Shown here in pieces: positions 1-7,009 of a DNA stretch of 64,000 nucleotides (positions are counted from its first letter, which is position 1; each line of letters opens with the position of its first letter). The stretch lies in the NCBI GenBank assembly GCA_026413765.1, contig JAOAKI010000001.1:6325-70324 (forward strand). The letters run 5' to 3'. The notes below the pieces were generated by a model. It was given only the letters and a program-made list of their open reading frames with translations. It had not been told where the DNA came from and did not search any database. The stretch is from Candidatus Micrarchaeota archaeon (lineage in GTDB: Archaea > Micrarchaeota > Micrarchaeia > Anstonellales > Anstonellaceae). The position numbers and the translations under genes are program-made.

Positions 1-417
1 CGGCTGCCCATAGACAAGCGTGCCGCCTTTTGCCTCTGCCATCACAACAAGCGCAGACAAATCCTCCTCTCCCACCACGAAAACCGCGCCCTTTTTGCTG
101 GCAAGAGTCTGCCTTACTGCTTCATAAAGGTCGTCGGTTATATGGCCGGGAGGGGAAAGCACCACAAGCGCCTGCTGGACTTGGCTTGCAAGCGCCTCCT
201 TTATGCTTTGGTCCACTTCAACTCGCTTTATCTTGAAGTCAAAAATTGAGATGTCTGGCCTAAGGCCGATCGAAATCAGATCGACATTGCACTGATCCCC
301 CACTGCAATCAGCGGCTTGGCGCAATTTTCAAGCTCTCTTTTCATCTGCTCTTTTTGGACAACTTTCCCAAAAGGTTTCCTTATCTCTTCTCTCAGCTCA
401 ACTGGAAGCTTCAGCAT
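1..417 (-). CDS. GTP-dependent dephospho-CoA kinase (DUF359 family), C-terminus cut by window edge
   Basis: Absent from the ORF track because no stop lies inside the window. Reverse translation from ATG at 415-417 gives MLKLPVELREEIRKPFGKVV...IAVGDQCNVDLISIGLRPDISIFDFKIKR...VVGEEDLSALVVMAEAKGGTLVYGQP. The VGD..., PDIxIxDxKxKR and GEEDL...YGQP blocks are typical of archaeal DUF359 dephospho-CoA kinase. Confidence 0.7.
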   Translation of the reverse strand, partial: MLKLPVELREEIRKPFGKVVQKEQMKRELENCAKPLIAVGDQCNVDLISIGLRPDISIFDFKIKRVEVDQSIKEALASQVQQALVVLSPPGHITDDLYEAVRQTLASKKGAVFVVGEEDLSALVVMAEAKGGTLVYGQP

Positions 418-421
418 CCGA

Positions 422-1093
422 TTACCTCAATATTTTGCTGCTGCCGTCCTCCTGCCCTACTATCACGACAGGCCTCTTTTTTGAAAATATCCCGCAATCG
501 ACAACTCCGGGTATGCTTTTTATCTGCTCTTCCGCTTTAGAAGGCTCAAGAATTGCCCCAAATTCAGCATCCAATATCCAATTGCCATTGTCCGAGACAA
601 ATCTTTTTTTGCCTTTCATCCTGAAGCCAACCTTTTTTGCGCCCAATTTCAGCAGCTCATCCGACACCGGCTTGAATGCGAACGGCACAATCTCTACCGG
701 CACAATTCCAGAAAGCATTTTGCGCATTTTTGCCGGCCCTACCAAAACTACAAATTCTTCTGCCCTGTAGTCCACTATCTTTTCCCTCACCAGTGCGCCG
801 CCCATCCCTTTCAGCAGATTGAGGTTCTCGTCAACCTGATCTGCTCCGTCAAATGCAATGTCAATTTCTCCTATTTTCTCAAGCCCAACAACCTTCAGCC
901 CTGCCTGGATTGCTGCTTTTTCAGAAGAAACAGAAGTCGCAGCGCACAGCAGCCCAAGCTTTTCTTTGCTGTTCTTTTCCCCAAGCAGCTTGATGAAAAT
1001 CTCTGCCGTGCTGCCGCTTCCCAACCCTATGTGCATTCCAGGCTCAACCATCTGGAGTGCAGCCTTTGCGGCTGCCTCCTTTTCTTTATCCAT
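422..1093 (-). CDS. rpiA: ribose-5-phosphate isomerase A
   Basis: GLGSGSTAEIFIKLL, DIAFDGADQVD and LLKGMGGALVREKIV motifs match RpiA. I moved the start to ATG at 1093 because the track start at 1108 is TTG. Confidence 0.9.
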   Translation of the reverse strand: MDKEKEAAAKAALQMVEPGMHIGLGSGSTAEIFIKLLGEKNSKEKLGLLCAATSVSSEKAAIQAGLKVVGLEKIGEIDIAFDGADQVDENLNLLKGMGGALVREKIVDYRAEEFVVLVGPAKMRKMLSGIVPVEIVPFAFKPVSDELLKLGAKKVGFRMKGKKRFVSDNGNWILDAEFGAILEPSKAEEQIKSIPGVVDCGIFSKKRPVVIVGQEDGSSKILR

Positions 1094-1129
1094 GAAACCA
1101 ACTCGCAAATTAACGTTAAATCCCTTTTG

Positions 1130-1672
1130 TCAGACCGCTTTCAATATGTCTGCCTTGGTAATTATCCCAACTATTTCCCCCTGCCTTGAGACAAGAACCG
1201 CAGGATAATACTGCAAAAGCGAAAGAAAAGAAGAGATCGGCGAATCATAAAGGACAACCGGGAAAGCCTCATCAAGCGCATCTGCCACCTTCGCATGAGA
1301 CAAGTCCTGTCCAAGTGAGATTCTTCTGATTATCCCTTGCTCGCTTATGCTCCCCACGATCTTTTTTCCGTCGCTTACTGCAAGCTGGGAGATGTTCTTT
1401 TTCCTCATTTTTTGGACAGCCTCATGCAAAGAATCCTCCAGCCTGACGCTTTCCACTCCCACATGCATGATGTCTTTTGCTTTCCTTTCCTTCTGCCCTT
1501 TGACATTCTGCAAAGCATTGATTATGCAAATCGCTTTGCGATAGCTGGGCTCAACTTTTCCTGCCTCTATCTTTGCAAGAAGAGACTGGGAGATTCCGGC
1601 CGCCTTTGCAAGCTGCTGCTGCGTCAAGCCAAGCTTTACCCGAGTCTCCTTTATTTTTCCCAAATCCTCCAT
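1130..1672 (-). CDS. XRE-type HTH plus CBS-domain regulator
   Basis: N-terminal LGLTQQQLAKAAGISQSLLAKIEAG is a Cro/C1-type HTH. The C-terminal half has a CBS-pair-like pattern (IMHVGVESVRLEDSL...; VVLYDSPISSFLSLL...GIITKADILK). Confidence 0.75.
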   Translation of the reverse strand: MEDLGKIKETRVKLGLTQQQLAKAAGISQSLLAKIEAGKVEPSYRKAICIINALQNVKGQKERKAKDIMHVGVESVRLEDSLHEAVQKMRKKNISQLAVSDGKKIVGSISEQGIIRRISLGQDLSHAKVADALDEAFPVVLYDSPISSFLSLLQYYPAVLVSRQGEIVGIITKADILKAV

Positions 1673-1696
1673 GCTTTCTTATTTGCGCTTGCATTT

Positions 1697-1987
1697 TTAT
1701 TTTACTTTCTCAAGCAGCGGATATCCAAAAAGGCTGGAAGGAGATTTTCCTGAAAGCCTCTCGCCAAGCAATGCAGGGTAATTTCTACTCACATAGTCTT
1801 CCCCTTCACTTTCCACTCCAGCCACATACTGCCTTGCCCTCTTTTCGTCAAACCAGCCATAATTGCCGACTTTGAATGAAGTAAGCCTTCCTTCAAGAAG
1901 CGTTTTGCATTGCCAATAGATGACCACATATGCAGGCACCACTCCATTCCTTGCTTCTCTCAGCTGCGCATTTGTTTTCTGCTGCAT
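1697..1987 (-). CDS. hypothetical protein (96 aa)
   Basis: ATG-initiated ORF with ordinary composition that fills the gap between flanking genes. I recognise no family. Confidence 0.4.
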   Translation of the reverse strand: MQQKTNAQLREARNGVVPAYVVIYWQCKTLLEGRLTSFKVGNYGWFDEKRARQYVAGVESEGEDYVSRNYPALLGERLSGKSPSSLFGYPLLEKVK

Positions 1988-2088
1988 CGCATCACCGTCT
2001 TCCTTCTTTTAGCACCTGATATTTATAGCTCATTGTGTTTTTTATTCATATTTGAATCGCAGGCAAAAAGCAATCAGGATAAAAAAAG

Positions 2089-2280
2089 TGCCAAGGGCGT
2101 GATTTGCTCCCCTTTCGGGCTTGAACACGCGACTTCCAGATTTCTCCTGCCTATGAAACAATCTTCATAGGGAATGCCTATTTTCATCATCGCTTTCCGC
2201 TCATCACTCATATTTGCAGAAATTGCATTGGCAATTTCTGATATGAGTCTGGCACTCTAACCAGGCTGAGTTACCTTGGC
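2089..2280 (-). tRNA. tRNA with CAT anticodon (elongator Met or Ile2), interrupted by two insertions
   Basis: The reverse strand reads GCCAAGG-TA-ACTC-AGCCTGGTTA-GAGT-G-CCAGA-CTCATA, then a 100-nt intron, then A-TCTGG-AAGTC-GCGTG-TTCAA, then about 17 nt, then AT-CACGC-CCTTGGC-A. Acceptor, D, anticodon and T stems all pair. The introns lie at about 2142-2241 (canonical 37/38 position) and about 2104-2120 (T-loop). Confidence 0.8.
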
Positions 2281-2304
2281 ACAACCAATTGTTAGAAGCA
2301 AAGA

Positions 2305-2313
2305 GATTAAAAG
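2305..2313. promoter_or_regulatory. shared A/T box (GATTAAAAG) between divergent tRNA(CAT) and RNase P RNA genes
   Basis: This is the only TATA-like element in the 54-bp spacer. It lies about 25-33 nt from the tRNA 5' end (2280) and about 22-30 nt from the RNase P RNA 5' end (2335), which fits archaeal TATA spacing in both directions. Confidence 0.35.
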
Positions 2314-2334
2314 CAGTTCATTTCCATTCATTTA

Positions 2335-2588
2335 GAGCGGCGGGAGGACGGCTCACCGCGCAGTTTTTGCGTGGAGGAAGTTCTGCCCACCGGAAGATGG
2401 CCATGTCGCTTAAGGCGATATCGGGAACAGAAACGCAAACCATCCCTTCCGATGAGGATGACGAAAGGAGAGAAAGGGGCAATGGGTTGAAACGGCCCGT
2501 GCATGGCAACAAATGCCCGGTGCAAGGCCTATTGGCCGCGCAAGTCAAATGCCGTCTAAAACAGAAGGCAGACTACCACCTGCCGCTC
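2335..2588 (+). ncRNA. rnpB: RNase P RNA, compact (about 254 nt)
   Basis: P1 pairs GAGCGGCGGG (2335-) with CCTGCCGCTC (-2588). A P3 hairpin is CGCGCA-GTTTT-TGCGTG. CR-I-like GGAGGAAGTTCTGCCC pairs with CR-V-like AACAGAAGGCAGACTAC to form P4. GGTTGAAACGGC and ACAGAAACGC resemble CR-II and CR-III. The overlapping ORFs (2289..2600 and others) have implausible composition. Confidence 0.85.
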
Positions 2589-2600
2589 AAAGTGAACTGA

Positions 2601-3599
2601 ATGGCCTTCTCATCTGCTGATATCGAGCAAGAAGCCAGCAGGCTTTATGCAAAGCTGGGAAAGCTTGGGTGGAGCTTTGACAGTTGCCAAGCATATGCTC
2701 CGCTTACCCTTGAAATCAACCAGTTAAAAAAGCAGAAGAATGCAATAATCCTGGCGCACTCTTACCAAACCCCAGACATAATCTACGGAGTTGCAGATTT
2801 TGTTGGTGACTCTTATGCACTTTCATCCCATGCATCAAAGACTTCCGCGTCAATCATAGTGTTTGCAGGCGTCAAATTCATGGCAGAGACTGCAAAGCTG
2901 CTAAACCCGTCAAAAAAAGTCTTTTTGCCCTCGATGGATGCCGGCTGCTCGCTTGCAGACGGCATCACTGCGGAGGATGTCAAAAAGCTAAAGGCTCAAT
3001 TCCCAAACACTCCTGTCATCTGCTACATCAATACCTCTGCCGAAGTGAAGGCTGAATGCGACATATGCTGCACCAGCGCAAACGCAGCCAAAATCATCAG
3101 CAGCTTCCCGCAAGACAGCTTGATTTTCATCCCAGACGAGTTCATGGCAAAAAATCTTTCATTGCAGACAGGCAAAAAGCTCATAGGCTGGACTGCAAAG
3201 TGCATTGTCCATCAGGACTTCAACAAGGACACAATCAAATCAATCAAATCGCTCTTTCCTTCTGTCAAAATACTTGCCCATTCAGAGTGCTCTCCGCAGG
3301 TTGCGCAGCTTGCCGATGCTGTAGGAGGCACTTCAGACATGGAGCGCTTTGTCCGAGGCTCTTCTGCCTCTTCATTCATGCTCATCACAGAGTGCGGCCT
3401 TTCTGACAGGCTGAGGGCAGAGTTCCCAGACAAGCAGTTCATTGGCGCCTGCTCGCTTTGCCCTTACATGAAAAAAATCTCTCTGAAAAACATCTTGCAT
3501 GTGCTTTTGCACGAGCCCAAAGAAAACGAAATTTCGATACCGCCAGAAGTGGCAATCAAGGCGCGCAAAGCAATCCAGAAAATGCTGGACATTTCTTAA
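2601..3599 (+). CDS. nadA: quinolinate synthase
   Basis: AIILAHSYQTPDIIYGVADFVGDSYALS, FAGVKFMAETAKLL, CYINTSAEVKA and ITECGL motifs, at the typical length of about 330 aa. Confidence 0.9.
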   Translation: MAFSSADIEQEASRLYAKLGKLGWSFDSCQAYAPLTLEINQLKKQKNAIILAHSYQTPDIIYGVADFVGDSYALSSHASKTSASIIVFAGVKFMAETAKLLNPSKKVFLPSMDAGCSLADGITAEDVKKLKAQFPNTPVICYINTSAEVKAECDICCTSANAAKIISSFPQDSLIFIPDEFMAKNLSLQTGKKLIGWTAKCIVHQDFNKDTIKSIKSLFPSVKILAHSECSPQVAQLADAVGGTSDMERFVRGSSASSFMLITECGLSDRLRAEFPDKQFIGACSLCPYMKKISLKNILHVLLHEPKENEISIPPEVAIKARKAIQKMLDIS

Positions 3600-3793
3600 T
3601 CTGCTCCTTTGTTGAGCTTTGACAGCAATATGAAAACCATCCCTGCAGAAATGAGCCCTGCCAAATAAGGCATGTACCATTCCTCAAAGAAAGTGACATT
3701 TTCGGTCCATTGCCACCAAATCGCATATCCGACTACTGCCGCCACCGCCATCTTTGCAAAGCCCAAGAGAGCTTTCATCTTGTCAGATGCCAT
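3596..3793 (-). CDS. small membrane protein (65 aa, two hydrophobic segments)
   Basis: ATG start and two hydrophobic stretches (AVAAVVGYAIWW, YLAGLISAGMVFILL). It is convergent with nadA and overlaps its stop. No family recognised. Confidence 0.4.
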   Translation of the reverse strand: MASDKMKALLGFAKMAVAAVVGYAIWWQWTENVTFFEEWYMPYLAGLISAGMVFILLSKLNKGAD

Positions 3794-3900
3794 GTTCTTG
3801 TTTCTGTCATAATCCTTTTAATTTGTGCCTCTGCTCTTCGGCATTGATTTAAAACATTTTTCTTCTCTATCCCTTTTGTTTTTTTAGGAGGTTTGGTTTG

Positions 3901-4125
3901 ATGGCAGAAAAAAGGCCTTTTGACATTTTGAATAGCGCACTGAACAACACAGTAGTTGTCGGTCTGAAGGGTGGCAAAGAGCTTAGAGGCACAATGGTCT
4001 CCTATGATGTGCATATGAACATCGTCCTTGAGAAGGCAGAGCACCTTGAGGATGGGCAAGTCAAGCGCGGGCTGGGCACAGTGCTGATACGCGGAGATTC
4101 TGTAGTCTATATTTCTCCTTCTTAG
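3901..4125 (+). CDS. Sm-like archaeal protein (SmAP/LSm)
   Basis: The Sm1 and Sm2 pattern is present: VVVGLKGGKELRGTMVSYDVHMNIVLEKAE...VLIRGDSVVYISP. AGGAGG lies about 10 nt upstream of ATG 3901. The track start at 3898 is TTG. Confidence 0.9.
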   Translation: MAEKRPFDILNSALNNTVVVGLKGGKELRGTMVSYDVHMNIVLEKAEHLEDGQVKRGLGTVLIRGDSVVYISPS

Positions 4126-4209
4126 GGCTTGTGGCGCAATGGTAGCGCGCCTGCATGGCATGCCTTCCCATAATGCAGGAGGCTGGGGGTTCGAATCCCC
4201 CCAAGTCCA
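4125..4209 (+). tRNA. tRNA-Ala (GGC) with 13-nt intron at 37/38
   Basis: GGGCTTG-TG-GCGC-AATGGTA-GCGC-G-CCTGC-ATGGCA, then TGCCTTCCCATAA, then T-GCAGG-AGGCT-GGGGG-TTCGAAT-CCCCC-CAAGTCC-A. The G3:U70 Ala identity pair is present. The first nucleotide is the last base of the Sm stop codon. Confidence 0.85.
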
Positions 4210-4210
4210 T

Positions 4211-4251
4211 CCCTAGGGGGCACTAGCTTATCACCAACTTCCCCCTAAGGG
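4211..4251 (+). other. G/C-rich hairpin immediately 3' of tRNA-Ala
   Basis: CCCTAGGGGG (4211-4220) pairs with CCCCCTAAGGG (4241-4251). That is a 10-bp stem with one bulged A and a 20-nt loop. Confidence 0.5.
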
Positions 4252-4360
4252 TTCTCACCCCCGAACGCAAAACCTAAGATTTTTGGCACTAAACTTCCAC
4301 TAAAATCTTTCTGAAGGTTTCACCTCCGAATGCAAGACCAAAAGATTTTAGCACTAAACT
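4250..4360. repeat. imperfect tandem direct repeat (about 66-bp period, two clear copies)
   Basis: Copy 1 (4250-4295) is GGTTCTCACCCCCGAACGCAAAACCTAAGATTTTTGGCACTAAACT. Copy 2 (4316-4360) is GGTTTCACCTCCGAATGCAAGACCAAAAGATTTTAGCACTAAACT. Roughly four-fifths of positions are identical by eye. A possible third, decayed copy sits around 4386-4420 (core AAGATTTTGC). Confidence 0.6.
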
Positions 4361-4490
4361 AAGCACAAAATTCCGATAATCGCTGAATTTCGGGCGAAAA
4401 AACAAGATTTTGCTTGATTTGGGCCAAAATCGCAATTGTGCGGCGGTGTAGGTTTTAATACTGTTTGCTGTGTTTTTTCTTTGTGGGAGG

Positions 4491-6107
4491 ATGGTAGAGG
4501 AGTTCAGCCAAGAGGAAAAGGCAATCTTGTCACAATTTTGCACCAATACTGATTCCGATGTTTTTGCGCTCATAAACTTGCCAGAAGTGGTGAAGGGGGC
4601 GCTTTTTTCAAGATATTCCAGATCCTCGAAATCACTCCGCAGGCTTCTCTTGGATGAGTTCATACTCAATCCAGAGTCAGGATTTGAGGCAATCGCAGGC
4701 AAGGCTTCTTTTGGCGAGTCTCAGCTTGTTGCAATAAAGAAAGCAGAGGAGTTTTACGACAGGGTCCTTATTGGCTATGGGGATGACTCGGTTGCAGAGC
4801 TTGGCGGAGCGCATCTTGCCGCAGAGAGAGTCTCAAACCTTCTGACCAAGCAAATTGAGGACAGCAGGATAGGCATCTCTCCTCTTGAAAAGTCCACCCG
4901 CTATGTCTTTTTTGACCAAAAAGAAGGCGGCAGCTACAACTACCTCAAAGAAAAAAGATTAATGGAATCGGAATTTGCCAGCCAATATGTCGAAGTCTGC
5001 GACCTTCTTTTCGACACCTATTCCTCCCTCATTCCTCCTCTTTTGAAAATCGAAGAAGAGAAAAATCCTCCTTCTGGCGATGTATCTGAAAGGGCTTACA
5101 AAGCATCAATTCGCGCAAAAGTATGCGATATTTTGCGCGGCATCTTGCCTGCCTCCACTCTGACAAATGTAGGGCTGTTTGGGAATGGGCGGGCGTTCGA
5201 GTATATGCTCGTCAAGCTTTACTCTTCGCCTTTGTCGGAAGCGCAAGAGTTTGCGCGCAAGGCACATGCCGAGCTTTCCAAAGTGATTCCTTCGTTTGTC
5301 AAGAGGGCAAACGACAAATACGGCAAAGAGATGCAGCACTATATTGCTTCCTGCAGGCAAGAGGTGCAAAAGGCTGCTTTTTCTGCACTTGGCGCACAGC
5401 TGCCCCAGCCTGCCTTGCCCGAAGTCGTTCTTGTGGATTACGACAAAGACGCTTTGGACAAAGTGATTGCCGCAATCCTCTTTCCGCATACGCACTTTGA
5501 CATGAAGCAGCTTTTGCAAAAGGTTGCGCAGATGGGCAAAGAGGAAAAGCAAAAAATCATTTCAGCCTATGTCGGCATCCGGGCAAACCGCCGCCAAAAG
5601 CCAGGCAGGGCTTTTGAAATCCCATATTATACTTTCAGCATAACCGGCAACTTCGGCATCTACCGCGATTTGCATCGCCATCGCATTTTGACGCAAGAGC
5701 GGCAGCTGCTTTCCACAAAGCACGGCTTTGACATGCCAAAAGAAATCATAGAAGCCGGCCTTGAAGACAAAGTTCAAGCGGCAGTGGAGGCTGCAGACCA
5801 GCTTTATGAATTGCTTTCAAAAGAGATGCCTTATGAGGCACAGTATGTGGTGCCGCTTGGCTGCAGGATGAGATGGTATATCCGAATGAACCTCCGCGAA
5901 GCCTACCATTTCTGCGAGCTGAGGTCGATGCGGCAGGGGCATCCTGACTACCGCAAAGTCGCGCAGGAGATACACAAGCTTATCCTCTCGGTGCATCCGG
6001 ATCTTGCTGCCGGCATGAAATTCGTTGACCATCAAGACTATGCGCTTGAGCGGCTTGAAGCAGAGAAAAAAATCGACAAGAAGCTGCAGCAGCTAGGGCA
6101 AAAATGA
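4491..6107 (+). CDS. thyX: ThyX-family (FAD-dependent thymidylate synthase-like) protein, double length
   Basis: The ThyX signature YRDLHRHRILTQERQ has its RHR at 5676-5684. ELRSMRQGHPDYRKVA lies in the C-terminal half. At 538 aa it is about twice a standard ThyX. GGAGG precedes ATG 4491, and the track start at 4470 is GTG. Confidence 0.75.
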   Translation: MVEEFSQEEKAILSQFCTNTDSDVFALINLPEVVKGALFSRYSRSSKSLRRLLLDEFILNPESGFEAIAGKASFGESQLVAIKKAEEFYDRVLIGYGDDSVAELGGAHLAAERVSNLLTKQIEDSRIGISPLEKSTRYVFFDQKEGGSYNYLKEKRLMESEFASQYVEVCDLLFDTYSSLIPPLLKIEEEKNPPSGDVSERAYKASIRAKVCDILRGILPASTLTNVGLFGNGRAFEYMLVKLYSSPLSEAQEFARKAHAELSKVIPSFVKRANDKYGKEMQHYIASCRQEVQKAAFSALGAQLPQPALPEVVLVDYDKDALDKVIAAILFPHTHFDMKQLLQKVAQMGKEEKQKIISAYVGIRANRRQKPGRAFEIPYYTFSITGNFGIYRDLHRHRILTQERQLLSTKHGFDMPKEIIEAGLEDKVQAAVEAADQLYELLSKEMPYEAQYVVPLGCRMRWYIRMNLREAYHFCELRSMRQGHPDYRKVAQEIHKLILSVHPDLAAGMKFVDHQDYALERLEAEKKIDKKLQQLGQK

Positions 6108-6229
6108 CTGCGTGCCTGCAAAAGCAAGCACGCCTCTACCTTCTCCAGTTTGCGCGCAAGGCAAAACCACTCCATTCTTTGCTGATGCGGATCCTTTCCT
6201 CTTGGTGAGGCTGCAAAAGGATTGCAAGG

Positions 6230-7000
6230 CTAGCCAATCGCAAGCCCCTGAATTCCTGACAGCTGGCTTATGAGCTTTCCGATCAGCCAGCCTGCAATTG
6301 CGGCAAGCATGCCAATCGAGGCCATCTCAAGGCCGCTTTTCCACCAGCTGCCAACCGTTATCTTTGCTTTGCAAGCTCCGACTGCAAAAAGCACAGCTGT
6401 AGAGAGCGCAAAAGAGGCAGCAATTGCCTGCTCGACAGGAAAGAAGATGAAAGGCACGAGTGGAACAAGCGACCCAATGATTGCCGAAAGTCCAACCAGC
6501 AGCGCAGAGCGCAAAGGCTCTTCTTTTTCAATATACGCCAAATTGAGCTCTTCGCTCATCATGACCGAAAGCCAAAGTTGCTTGTTTGAAGTGACCATCT
6601 TTACCATGTTTTCAAGCTGCCTGCCTTTCAGCCCCTTGCGCATGTAAATTATCTTCACCTCTTCGCGCTCTATTTCCGGCAGGTTCTCGATTTCCCATTT
6701 CTCCTGCTCAAGCTCGCGCTGGTAATGGTCCTGCTCAGCCCTCTTTGAGGCATATGCCACTGCTGCCATTGAGATTGACTCTGCAAAGGTGGCGACCAAT
6801 CCTGCAACAAGCACAAAAAACCCGCTTGAGGTCGCGGATGCCACCCCAAGGACTATGCCAAAGACATTTACGAGCCCGTCCTGCCCGCCCAAAATCACAT
6901 CAGCAATTAAGCCTGTTGGCTTCCTTTTTCTTTCCTCCTCAATATGTTTTTGGACTCTGGCTGTAAGCTCTTTTAGGTTCTTTTTTTGCTTTCTTGGCAT
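6230..7000 (-). CDS. VIT1/CCC1-family iron/manganese transporter
   Basis: VILGGQDGLVNVFGIVLGVA, a central soluble helical region, and C-terminal TM segments (LLVGLSAIIGSLVPLVPF...). ATG at 7000. Confidence 0.8.
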   Translation of the reverse strand: MPRKQKKNLKELTARVQKHIEEERKRKPTGLIADVILGGQDGLVNVFGIVLGVASATSSGFFVLVAGLVATFAESISMAAVAYASKRAEQDHYQRELEQEKWEIENLPEIEREEVKIIYMRKGLKGRQLENMVKMVTSNKQLWLSVMMSEELNLAYIEKEEPLRSALLVGLSAIIGSLVPLVPFIFFPVEQAIAASFALSTAVLFAVGACKAKITVGSWWKSGLEMASIGMLAAIAGWLIGKLISQLSGIQGLAIG

Positions 7001-7009
7001 GTTCAACCC

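Noticed and set aside
2142-2241. A full box C/D guide sRNA inside the tRNA(CAT) intron, by analogy with archaeal pre-tRNA-Trp.
   Set aside because: Two RUGAUGA-type boxes are present, but no CUGA (D or D') box is visible. The 8-nt complementarity to the anticodon loop is not positioned 5 nt upstream of any D-like box. I keep only the weaker K-turn or structured-intron observation.
2289-2600. A 103-aa ORF, plus antisense ORFs 2318..2548 and 2328..2525.
   Set aside because: The region folds as RNase P RNA with conserved CR elements. The ORF translations are Arg/Gly/Ser-rich with no protein-like pattern.
4250-4420. Possible degenerate CRISPR array. The repeats of about 30-45 nt recur with a 66-bp period.
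   Set aside because: Only two clear copies exist. The segments that would be spacers are also similar between copies (TTTTGGCACTAAACT versus TTTAGCACTAAACT), so this is a tandem duplication rather than repeat-spacer architecture. No cas genes are present in the window.
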